A stretch of DNA of 61,297 bases, from the IMG/VR virus record IMGVR_UViG_3300028802_000015, positions 1-61,297 of that record, one strand, 5' to 3'. Below the pieces are notes generated by a model. It saw nothing but the letters and a program-made list of their open reading frames with translations. It ran no database searches and was not told where the DNA came from. Of the stretch, positions 53,319-60,814 are shown piece by piece. The position numbers were made by a program, and so were the translations under genes. Numbering within the stretch: position 1 is the stretch's first letter; every line of letters starts with the position of its first letter. Source of the DNA: a virus (taxonomy: Duplodnaviria; Caudoviricetes).

Positions 53319-54317
53319 TCAGCGCGGCCAGTAGAGCGCGCTCACCCCTGCGCTGGCGATCTCCAAGTTCCCGCCGCGCGCCTTGACCTCGACCCTGATC
53401 CGGTTCTCCGGGTTGCACGTGTCGATCACGTTGTCGTGCACCCCGGTTTCTCCTGAGGTCAGCGCGTACTCGCCGGGCCCGGGTGCCGAGTAGAACTTCC
53501 CGTCCTCCTTGTTGTATTCGGCCCAGCGGACCACCAGGGTCGCGCCGGGCTTGTCGGAGGTGACCTCGTTGAGCCGGACCTGGCCGGTGTAGCGCATCCC
53601 GCCGAGGTTGAGCCACGCGTAGTCCCCGGAGTGCACGCCACCGGCGTCGGAGGACTCGGTGTCGAACTTCACCGGGGCCCAGTCGGCACCGGCAGCGACT
53701 TTCATCCCCGGCCCTGACACGGACAGGTAGTTGGGCACGTCCTCGCCTCCTCCTCCGCCGCTGGACAGCAGCGCTGCCACGTCGGCGCGCATCTTGTCCA
53801 GGGACACGTTGCCCGGGTCCCACTTGCCGGTGACCGACGTTTCCTTGTGGCCCCGGCAGTAGTTCGCGCTGTGGTCGTAGTGCCGGGACACCGCGACACC
53901 GGCCCGGATCGCCGCGTCGTACTGCTGCGGCCCCATCTCCTGCGTGCCGTCGTAGTCGATCTCGAACCCGACGTACATCTCGTTGCCGTCCCCGGCCGGG
54001 ACGGGCCCGGAAGCCCGAGCCCGCCCCGCGTGGTTGGCACGCCCCGCGGCCACCACGTGAACCACTCCGTCCCAGCCGATCAGGGCCGCGGCCAAGGGAC
54101 CGGGCAGATCGGGACGGCCCTCGATGATCGTGTGGAGGGTCGGGTTGGGGCGGTTCGCCGACGTGCGGGTGCCGGTGTGGTGCCACAGCGTCGCGAACGT
54201 GTTGAACTGCCCGGTCGAGGCGGGACGGCCACGGGTGCGCCACCCGTCGTAGACCTTGACCGTGCAGCCTTCGGCGCGCAGTGCGTCAGGCAGCCACAGA
54301 ACCGGCTTGTAGACCAT
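53319..54317 (-). CDS. Endolysin, N-acetylmuramoyl-L-alanine amidase (Amidase_2 type)
   Basis: GWRTRG, WHHTG, ANHAG, GFE, GHKE..KWDPG. Confidence 0.92.
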   Translation of the reverse strand: MVYKPVLWLPDALRAEGCTVKVYDGWRTRGRPASTGQFNTFATLWHHTGTRTSANRPNPTLHTIIEGRPDLPGPLAAALIGWDGVVHVVAAGRANHAGRARASGPVPAGDGNEMYVGFEIDYDGTQEMGPQQYDAAIRAGVAVSRHYDHSANYCRGHKETSVTGKWDPGNVSLDKMRADVAALLSSGGGGGEDVPNYLSVSGPGMKVAAGADWAPVKFDTESSDAGGVHSGDYAWLNLGGMRYTGQVRLNEVTSDKPGATLVVRWAEYNKEDGKFYSAPGPGEYALTSGETGVHDNVIDTCNPENRIRVEVKARGGNLEIASAGVSALYWPR

Positions 54318-54319
54318 CG

Positions 54320-54595
54320 CTACTCGGTGGGCTGCTGGGTTTCCTGCTGCGGCTGCGGCTGGGCCTTACCGGGGTCGCCGGTGTTGGTCTCGTCGGCGGG
54401 CCGCTGCCCCTGCGTGTTCGGGTCATACCCGCCGACCGACTCGCCGTGGGTGCCGATGACGGTGCCCTCGCTGTCGTTGTCGGTCTTGAGGGACTCGTCC
54501 GCCTCACCGAGCGGGCTGCTCACCTGGGTCGGGTCCACGTACCCCTGCTCGTCCTTCTTCGCCACTGCTCTCTCCCTACTTGTTGAACTCGTCAT
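54320..54595 (-). CDS. Small acidic hypothetical protein
   Basis: ORF abutting endolysin; true start may be an internal GTG. Confidence 0.6.
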   Translation of the reverse strand: MTSSTSRERAVAKKDEQGYVDPTQVSSPLGEADESLKTDNDSEGTVIGTHGESVGGYDPNTQGQRPADETNTGDPGKAQPQPQQETQQPTE

Positions 54596-54717
54596 CCGGA
54601 TCGGCGTCGTCGTAGGCGTCGTCGTCCGGCCCCGGGGTGGGGTACTCGTCCTCTGCCCGCTCGGAAGGCTGATCGCTCATGCGCGCAGCATGTACCCGAT
54701 CCGCTGAGAACGGAAGA

Positions 54718-54864
54718 TCAGTTGGGTACGTGGTCGTCGTCGGGCTTCGGCAGTATCCGGTTCAGTACCCATTCGGTGCCGGATGCCACCCGGCGGAACA
54801 AGAGCGGGTAGAGCAGGATGCTCAGCGAGCCGATGATCCACCACAGGATGTGTATGGAGCCCAT
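54718..54864 (-). CDS. Small single-TM protein
   Basis: MGSIHILWWIIGSLSILLYPLLF; TGATG overlap. Confidence 0.55.
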   Translation of the reverse strand: MGSIHILWWIIGSLSILLYPLLFRRVASGTEWVLNRILPKPDDDHVPN

Positions 54865-55448
54865 CACTTGCCGTCCCATCCGGCCATGCGCATCAGCAAC
54901 TCGAAGCGTTCCCGGTCGCCCACAGCCGCATCTGTCATCTTGAAGTACGCGCGTCGCACGTGCGGGGGGACCCTGACCACGATCATCGGCCACTGCGCGA
55001 AGTCGTCATAGTTGGTCGTCATCTCGGCGAGTTTCTTGATCTGCGCGAGATCGTGATCGGCGTACCCGGTGCCGTTCAGGGTGTCGGCTGCGGCGATCTT
55101 CTCCAGCAGCGGGAGCAGCAGCGCGTTGTCCGGTTCGGCTAGTGCGGCGGTGCGGTTGTCCGCGAGCAGGATGCGGGTCGCGGTCAGGTCGTCCACGTCG
55201 AGCATGACCACCGGGATCTCGGTGGCCCCGAGGGTCTTGCACGCTTCCCAGGTGTGGTTCCCGGCGATGATCCAGTTGGTCGCTTTCTGGACGAACACCG
55301 GCCGGTACATGCCATTGATCTCGATGCTCTCGATGATCTTGTCGAGATCCCCGTTGTTGTAGTTGTCGGGGTGCTGCTGCACGTCATCGATCGGCATGAG
55401 CAACTGGGTCAGGTCCTCGTGGAACTGGACCATCCCTGATGCGATCAT
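54864..55448 (-). CDS. ParB/Srx N-terminal domain protein
   Basis: HPDNYNNGD..ESIEINGMYRPV..IIAGNHTWEA..LADNRT. Confidence 0.85.
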   Translation of the reverse strand: MIASGMVQFHEDLTQLLMPIDDVQQHPDNYNNGDLDKIIESIEINGMYRPVFVQKATNWIIAGNHTWEACKTLGATEIPVVMLDVDDLTATRILLADNRTAALAEPDNALLLPLLEKIAAADTLNGTGYADHDLAQIKKLAEMTTNYDDFAQWPMIVVRVPPHVRRAYFKMTDAAVGDRERFELLMRMAGWDGK

Positions 55449-55507
55449 CGCTCGCCCTTCCGGTTCCGAGACAAGAGGCTTGGTGCCCCACCGGGCGAGG
55501 CCCGGCG

Positions 55508-55520
55508 TTTAGTGACTAAA
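55508..55520. promoter_or_regulatory. 13-bp palindrome TTTAGTGACTAAA (copy 27)
   Basis: Read directly; supplies stop of 55516..55722. Confidence 0.9.
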
Positions 55521-55722
55521 CGTCGGGGGTCCTAGGTTGGCAGGCATCGATGTAATCCAGCAAGAAAGCCACGGCCTGTCTCATGGTCACCTTGTTGGCT
55601 TCGGGCACATCGGCCCATTCCACCCGGCTGTGGATCTGTGTGTTCCATCCGGCTTCGAGCGCGGCCCGTTCGTAGGACTCGTGCAGCACCCGGCAGCAGG
55701 TGTCCAGGTCCGGCCGGATCAC
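55516..55722 (-). CDS. Hypothetical protein
   Basis: LHESYERAA..GWNTQ..WADVPEANK. Confidence 0.7.
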   Translation of the reverse strand: MIRPDLDTCCRVLHESYERAALEAGWNTQIHSRVEWADVPEANKVTMRQAVAFLLDYIDACQPRTPDV

Positions 55723-55880
55723 GGCATCGTCCCGTGCCGCATCAGGTGCACCTCGGCGCGGGTCTGCGCCTCACCGATCTGCACGCCCAGCGGCCCGCAC
55801 TCACTGCACTCCATCACGTACACCAGCACCTCGCTCGGCCCCGTCCCCGGGGTCGGGATCGCTATCACCGTGATCTCCAT
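55719..55880 (-). CDS. Small Zn-binding protein (CSECG..H)
   Basis: GGAGGAG RBS then ATG. Confidence 0.6.
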   Translation of the reverse strand: MEITVIAIPTPGTGPSEVLVYVMECSECGPLGVQIGEAQTRAEVHLMRHGTMP

Positions 55881-55961
55881 CAGGCTCCTCCGGTGTGACG
55901 ATCGCCAGCAGCAGCGCGACCGCGAGCGCCGCACCCATCGGCTTCTTCCTGGTGTAGGGCA

Positions 55962-57650
55962 TCAGGGTGCGGTGATGCACAGGGTCCGGATGACCACGAC
56001 GCCGGGCGCTCCGTCGCCGCCCTTGCCGGACGCGAAGGTGTTGCGGGACGCCGCTCCTCCTCCGCCGCCCGCGCCGTACTTGGCTCCGTCGCCACCCTTG
56101 GCTCCGGTGGCGTTGGTGGTTGCGGTCCCGCCGCCGCCGCCGTTGCCTCCCAGGTAGGCGAGTGGGTTGCTGGCGTTGCCGTTGGCCCCGCCGCTGGTGG
56201 AGGCCAGGGCCCGGGGCTGGTCGAGGGCTGCGCCGGTGACCCCGCCGGAGCCCCCAGCGAGCGCGCTGTTGCCCGCGGTGATGGACCCGCCGCCTGCCCC
56301 GCCGCCGGGCGCGGCGTTGCTGTCGGTGCCGTTTGCTGCGGTGGCGCTGATGGACCCGGCCCCGCCCGCGGCCCCTCCGTAGCCTCCGGCACCGCCGAAG
56401 CCGCCTGCCCCGGCACCACCGGCGGCTGAGCCGGTGCCTGCCCCGCCACCGCCACCGGCCCCGACGCGCATGAGTCGGGCGGTGGAGGTGGCCTGGTCCG
56501 CGGTCAGTGACGCGCCGAACGAGCACGCGCCGCCAGGGTTCCCGGCCTGCCCGACGGTGTTGTCGGTGCCGATCGCCGGGCCACCTGCCCCGCCGCCCGC
56601 GACGACGACGGTCTCGCTGGTGTCGAGGGCGTCCGCGCCGAACCACCAGTGGCCGTAAGCGCCGCCTCCTCCGCCGCCGCCACCACCGGCGACCGAGGAG
56701 GTCGCGGTGCGGGCACCGGACCCGCCTCCGCCTCCTCCGGCGACCATGATGACCTCGGCCAGGACGGCACCGGCGGGCTTGTTCCAGGTGAACGTCTGGG
56801 TGACGAGCGGGTTGCTGGGCTGGAACACCTGCACGTCCACGGTGACCAGCGAGCCGCCTGCTCCGGCTGCGCCGGTGAGGCCCTGGATGCCTTGCGGGCC
56901 TTGGTCGCCGGTGTCGCCCTTGTCACCCTTGGGTCCTTGCAGCCCTTGCTGGCCTTGAGCGCCTTGGGGACCTTCGGGACCTGTGGCCCCGGGGGTTCCG
57001 GGTGTTCCGGCGGAACCGGCGGGTCCTTGGGCTCCGGTGTCGCCGGTGTCGCCCTTGGGACCCTGGGGTCCGGTCGCTCCGCTCGGTCCTTCCGCTCCGT
57101 CCTGTCCGGCGGGTCCGGGTGCGCCTCCCTGACCGGTCGGGCCCTGGGTTCCCGTTGCGCCTGTGGGTCCGGCCGGTCCCATTTCGCCGCGGGGGCCTTC
57201 GACTCCGGGGTCCCCGGGGTCACCCTTCTCCCCGGGGGTCCCGGCTGGCCCGGTGTCACCGGGGTCACCCTTGTCGCCTTTGGTTCCGGTGGTGCCGCGG
57301 TCGCCTTTGGGGCCGCGCAGGGTGAGGATGCCGGGGGTGATCTCGACGGGTGCTTCGTTGGGCAGGTCGATGGTTGCCCCGGCGGGGGCGTGGAACGCGA
57401 ACCGCCTGCCGCCCTTGACGGTTTCCCGCACCATCCAGGTCCACCCGGTCGGGGACAGCGCGGGGTCGTCGGTGGCTTGGAGTTGGACGGTGAACGACCC
57501 GTCTTCGTCCAGCGGGACCCGGATGCGGCGGGGCACGACCACCGCGTCGGGGTCCTCGCGGGTCAGCAGCGGTGGGATGAACGTGAGGTAGCCCTTGGCG
57601 GGTGACCCGTCGAGTTCGGTGTAGCGGCCGGTGACGGTGGCGGTGGTCAT
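55962..57650 (-). CDS. Collagen-like and glycine-rich structural (fibre) protein
   Basis: Ig-like N-domain, long Gly-X-Y run, poly-Gly C-domain. Confidence 0.8.
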   Translation of the reverse strand: MTTATVTGRYTELDGSPAKGYLTFIPPLLTREDPDAVVVPRRIRVPLDEDGSFTVQLQATDDPALSPTGWTWMVRETVKGGRRFAFHAPAGATIDLPNEAPVEITPGILTLRGPKGDRGTTGTKGDKGDPGDTGPAGTPGEKGDPGDPGVEGPRGEMGPAGPTGATGTQGPTGQGGAPGPAGQDGAEGPSGATGPQGPKGDTGDTGAQGPAGSAGTPGTPGATGPEGPQGAQGQQGLQGPKGDKGDTGDQGPQGIQGLTGAAGAGGSLVTVDVQVFQPSNPLVTQTFTWNKPAGAVLAEVIMVAGGGGGGSGARTATSSVAGGGGGGGGGAYGHWWFGADALDTSETVVVAGGGAGGPAIGTDNTVGQAGNPGGACSFGASLTADQATSTARLMRVGAGGGGGAGTGSAAGGAGAGGFGGAGGYGGAAGGAGSISATAANGTDSNAAPGGGAGGGSITAGNSALAGGSGGVTGAALDQPRALASTSGGANGNASNPLAYLGGNGGGGGTATTNATGAKGGDGAKYGAGGGGGAASRNTFASGKGGDGAPGVVVIRTLCITAP

Positions 57651-57659
57651 TCCCTCACC

Positions 57660-57887
57660 TCAGTTGCACTTGCACTTCGCGCCTTGGCCCGCGCTGGCCT
57701 TCTTGGCGGGGGCCTTCTTGGGTGGTGCTTTCTTGGCGGTGGCTTTCTTGGCGGTGGCGCGTTTCTTCCCGACCTTGACGGCGGTGCCGATCTTCACCTG
57801 GGGCACCTTGATGGTGACCTTCTTGGTGCCGCCGCCTTTCTTGGGGACGTGGGTGCAGTGGCAGACGGTCCGTTTGGCGGGGGGCAT
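57660..57887 (-). CDS. Small basic histone-like protein with terminal Cys pairs
   Basis: AGGAGG RBS; KKATAKKAPPKKAPAKK. Confidence 0.7.
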   Translation of the reverse strand: MPPAKRTVCHCTHVPKKGGGTKKVTIKVPQVKIGTAVKVGKKRATAKKATAKKAPPKKAPAKKASAGQGAKCKCN

Positions 57888-57923
57888 GGGTCCTCCTGGG
57901 TTGGGCCCATGATGCCGGACGGG

Positions 57924-58097
57924 TCAGCCGAGGCCAGGGTTGGCGAGCATCTTCGTGAGGTGCTCGGCGACGACGGCGCAGCAGGGGGAGAAGTCCTCGG
58001 TGGTCTGCTGTCCTTCGATGAGCGCGGTGAGTTGGTCTACCTCCTCGGGGTCGAGGGTGACCATGAACTGGCCGTGGGCGTGCTCGGTGATCATCAT
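57924..58097 (-). CDS. Hypothetical protein
   Basis: GAGGAG RBS; ATGA overlap. Confidence 0.65.
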   Translation of the reverse strand: MMITEHAHGQFMVTLDPEEVDQLTALIEGQQTTEDFSPCCAVVAEHLTKMLANPGLG

Positions 58098-58438
58098 GGT
58101 GTCTCCTCGTTGGTCTGCTGGCTGGTCCACGGGAGGGTGAGCCCGTCGTCCTGGCGGCGGGGCACGAGGTGCAGGTGCAGGTGGTGCACGGTCTGGGTGG
58201 CGTACCGGCCTTTGGACGTGATCAGGTTCCACTCGCCGCCGATCTGGCGGGCGAACAGCGCGGCGGCGTGCGCGGCGTGGGCGGTGGTGGCGGGGTCGGT
58301 CGCGAAGTCGGGGATGTGGCGGTGCGGGATGACCATGATGTGGCCGAGGGTGACCGGGTTGATGGGTTCCAGCGCGTAGCAGTGGGGTCCGAGCGGGTTG
58401 CCTTCGGGGGGCATGGGGCAGAACGGGCAGTTGGTCAC
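58094..58438 (-). CDS. HIT-family nucleotide hydrolase
   Basis: CPFC; PINPVTLGHIMVIPHRH; ATQTVHHLHLHLVPR triad. Confidence 0.92.
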   Translation of the reverse strand: MTNCPFCPMPPEGNPLGPHCYALEPINPVTLGHIMVIPHRHIPDFATDPATTAHAAHAAALFARQIGGEWNLITSKGRYATQTVHHLHLHLVPRRQDDGLTLPWTSQQTNEETP

Positions 58439-58875
58439 CGTTCCCACGTCCGGCCGCACTCGCACCGGAACGCGATGATCTTGGTGCCGTTCTCGTAGCG
58501 GAACCCGGTCTCGGTGCCGACGCAGAGGTGCCGTGCGCCGGGCACGGTGGCCGCGAACCTGGTGTGGTGGGTGATCACCGGCTCGGTGGTGCCCGCGGGC
58601 GCGACGGCTGCGGAGATATCGCCCGCCCAGTGGGTGATATTTGGCTCGGGGGGCTTCTCGATGACCTTGGTGGGGCGGTGCCGGGCCAGCGCTGCCTTCC
58701 GGATCTTCGCGGTGGCCTCCTCCCGGGTGGTGAGCCAGTAGATCAGCGCCTCGCGGGCGACCTGGCTGCGGGTCATGCCTTGGGAGATGGCTTCGACGCG
58801 TTCGGTCTCGTCGGCGGTGAGCCGGGTGGAGTAGACGACGCGGCGGGCTCGTGGTCCGAGCGGTGGTCTCGACAT
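58435..58875 (-). CDS. Ribbon-helix-helix-like DNA-binding protein with C-terminal Zn ribbon
   Basis: MSRPPLG..VVYSTRLT..MTRSQVAREAL; CECG. Confidence 0.7.
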   Translation of the reverse strand: MSRPPLGPRARRVVYSTRLTADETERVEAISQGMTRSQVAREALIYWLTTREEATAKIRKAALARHRPTKVIEKPPEPNITHWAGDISAAVAPAGTTEPVITHHTRFAATVPGARHLCVGTETGFRYENGTKIIAFRCECGRTWER

Positions 58876-58949
58876 AGTTGTAGACACTAACCGTTTCTGT
58901 AGACGGAAACCAGGGGTTGTTGTCTACATCTACTGGGTTTCTGTCTACG

Positions 58950-58962
58950 TTTAGTGACTAAA
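58950..58962. promoter_or_regulatory. 13-bp palindrome TTTAGTGACTAAA (copy 28)
   Basis: Read directly; supplies stop of 58958..59167. Confidence 0.9.
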
Positions 58963-59167
58963 CGCCGGGGTCCGTAACCTCACCTGACCCACTTGCCTTC
59001 ATCTGGTCCAGAGCCGAGTGAGCCATGATCAGATTCCGCACCATAACCCCACGTGACACACCCCCGAACCGCCTCCGTACCGTATCCAAAACCCGGGCTT
59101 CGGCCACCGACAACCGCACCGTCAACACCACCGGCCTGCCCCCAGCCGTACTCAACGGCCTCCCCAT
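58958..59167 (-). CDS. Ribbon-helix-helix-like DNA-binding protein
   Basis: MGRP..VLTVRLSVAE..GVSRGVMVRNLI. Confidence 0.7.
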   Translation of the reverse strand: MGRPLSTAGGRPVVLTVRLSVAEARVLDTVRRRFGGVSRGVMVRNLIMAHSALDQMKASGSGEVTDPGV

Positions 59168-59357
59168 AACCACACCTGCCCTACCTCGACGGACCTCACC
59201 GCACCCTACCGTATACGGAACTCAGCGGAGCATAACCCCAGGTCAGGGCGGTATACGAAACTCTGCCCCAATGCCAGACACCCAACCGACCGGCTAGCGC
59301 TCCCTCCGGGGCCGCGGGCCGGGGACCGGGGGTGCCGGGGGTGTGATGCGTCTCACG

Positions 59358-59370
59358 TTTAGTTACTAAA
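59358..59370. promoter_or_regulatory. 13-bp palindrome TTTAGTTACTAAA (copy 29)
   Basis: Read directly; in the divergent control region. Confidence 0.9.
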
Positions 59371-59387
59371 CGCGGGGCCTAGGTCAA

Positions 59388-59406
59388 GTTGACACAGCGG
59401 GTCAAC
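59388..59406 (+). promoter_or_regulatory. GTTGAC-N7-GTCAAC inverted repeat overlapping a TTGACA -35
   Basis: Same motif at 5147 and 60671. Confidence 0.65.
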
Positions 59407-59486
59407 CCGTGAGAGAGTGCTCTCAGTGGCCGAGAGAGACTCGGTCACACGGACAGGGGCTAGGGCCCCGGAGAGCAAGGTTCGAG

Positions 59487-60188
59487 ATGACTGAGTACGT
59501 CAAGATCACGGATGACAAGGCGGCTGTTGCGCTGGTCACGCGGGTGGCCCGGACCTACCGTTCGGCGCAGGGTAAGGTGCGTTCGCTGACCGCGGATGCC
59601 GCCTACGCGACCGAGGCTGCGTTCTCGGCGGGCATCATCGCCAAGGGCGCAAAGTACGACACGGCCCGTGAGTACGCCGCAGCGTTCGACGTGGCCCCGG
59701 CGACCGTGACCCTCTGGAAGCGTCTCGGTCGCGCGCTGGTCGTCGGCGTGACCACTGACTCCCCGCTGTGGCAGACGCTCGCGTTCCGCACCGCAGCGAA
59801 CGACAAGGCGGTCGCGGAAGCGATCATGGCCGACGACGCGACGGTCGCCAAGATCGCCGCGGCTGTGGCGACCACCCGGAAGCCGGACGGGTCGCGCGCG
59901 ACCAAGGTCGGCGGGAACGACGGCAAGCCGAACGACGGCACGGACGCTCCCGCGACCGACCCGCTCGCGGGCATCACCGACCCGACCGAGCAGGCGATGA
60001 TCTTGGTCGGTCTGTTGAAGCGCGTGGTCGCGGACACGGACCGCGACGGGTGGGCGAAGGTCGAGTCCGCGCTGGGCGAGATCATCACCCGCGAGAACAC
60101 GGTCCGGGCGAAGGCGGCGAAGGTCGCCGCGGACAAGGCGGCGAAGGCGGCGAAGGTCGCGGCCCCGGCCGACAAGATCGCCTCCTAG
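59487..60188 (+). CDS. Putative HTH DNA-binding protein; first gene of the plus arm
   Basis: TAREYAAAFDVAPATVTLWKRLG HTH-like; Lys/Ala-rich tail. Confidence 0.7.
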   Translation: MTEYVKITDDKAAVALVTRVARTYRSAQGKVRSLTADAAYATEAAFSAGIIAKGAKYDTAREYAAAFDVAPATVTLWKRLGRALVVGVTTDSPLWQTLAFRTAANDKAVAEAIMADDATVAKIAAAVATTRKPDGSRATKVGGNDGKPNDGTDAPATDPLAGITDPTEQAMILVGLLKRVVADTDRDGWAKVESALGEIITRENTVRAKAAKVAADKAAKAAKVAAPADKIAS

Positions 60189-60310
60189 TACCACCGATGG
60201 TGGCCCGGCCCGCGACGTAGCGGGTCGGGCCACCGGCACGTCCGGCCCCGCCCGGTCGGTGCGCCTCCCACGGGTCACGCTTCGGGAGGCGCACTGTCCA
60301 GGCGCGACCG

Positions 60311-60323
60311 TTTAGTTACTAAA
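60311..60323. promoter_or_regulatory. 13-bp palindrome TTTAGTTACTAAA (copy 30)
   Basis: Read directly. Confidence 0.9.
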
Positions 60324-60380
60324 CGCGCTGACCCTGGCTGCCCGGCCGGGTCAATCAATCAACCGATCGGAGCAACCGCC

Positions 60381-60626
60381 GTGCCTCACCGTCGCTCAGT
60401 CAACCAGTCAACCGACGCGTGGCAGGACCTCGCCTCCCGCACCGTTCTCACCTGCCCGCACCCGGAGCCGGACGCGCTGATCGTCAGCCACCGCGGCTAC
60501 GTGGTCCGCCTCTGCGTCCCGTGCCTCACCCTCTACTGCGGTGGCAGCGAGGTGCGCGCGGGCCGGGACGACGGCCGGTACGCGTCGGTCAGCCAGGACG
60601 ACGGGGTGTGCCTGGACCTGTCCTGA
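60381..60626 (+). CDS. Hypothetical protein (CPH..CVPC)
   Basis: GATCGGAGCAACC RBS then GTG. Confidence 0.7.
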   Translation: MPHRRSVNQSTDAWQDLASRTVLTCPHPEPDALIVSHRGYVVRLCVPCLTLYCGGSEVRAGRDDGRYASVSQDDGVCLDLS

Positions 60627-60670
60627 CACACCATGCCCCACAACGGGGGTCGTCACCCACCGTTGACTCA

Positions 60671-60700
60671 GTTGACACACAGGGTCAACTAGGGTAAGAT
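60671..60700 (+). promoter_or_regulatory. Sigma70-type promoter TTGACA-17-TAAGAT overlapped by GTTGAC-N7-GTCAAC
   Basis: TTGACA 60672-60677, TAAGAT 60695-60700. Confidence 0.75.
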
Positions 60701-60776
60701 TGATCTTGTGAGTGGGAGTCTGCCCACTTTCAGCCGCACCCGCCACTTCCCGTCGGCGGTCACCCCATCCGGTCCG

Positions 60777-60789
60777 TTTAGTAACTAAA
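60777..60789. promoter_or_regulatory. 13-bp palindrome TTTAGTAACTAAA (copy 31)
   Basis: Read directly. Confidence 0.9.
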
Positions 60790-60814
60790 CGCCGGGCGAT
60801 CTTGGAGGCTCAAC

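Noticed and set aside
54864-55448. ParABS plasmid-prophage partition system
   Set aside because: Only a ParB/Srx N-domain with no clear HTH and no ParA ATPase; such genes are common near terminases. Kept only as a weak candidate binder
29860-57320. GGN-rich periodic repeats at about 29.9-30.1, 52.6-53.0 and 56.9-57.3 kb as DNA repeat elements
   Set aside because: Explained by Gly-X-Y collagen coding
22740-57605. Long plus-strand ORFs opposite the structural genes (e.g. 31076..32971, 40228..42258, 41666..43978, 44135..46294)
   Set aside because: Antisense shadows expected in high-GC DNA; no RBS or recognisable motifs, while the minus-strand genes are clearly identifiable
199-60789. Palindrome copies as a CRISPR array or as IS/MITE ends
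   Set aside because: Only 13 bp, separated by 0.5-5 kb of genes; no regular spacers, target-site duplications, transposase or cas operon
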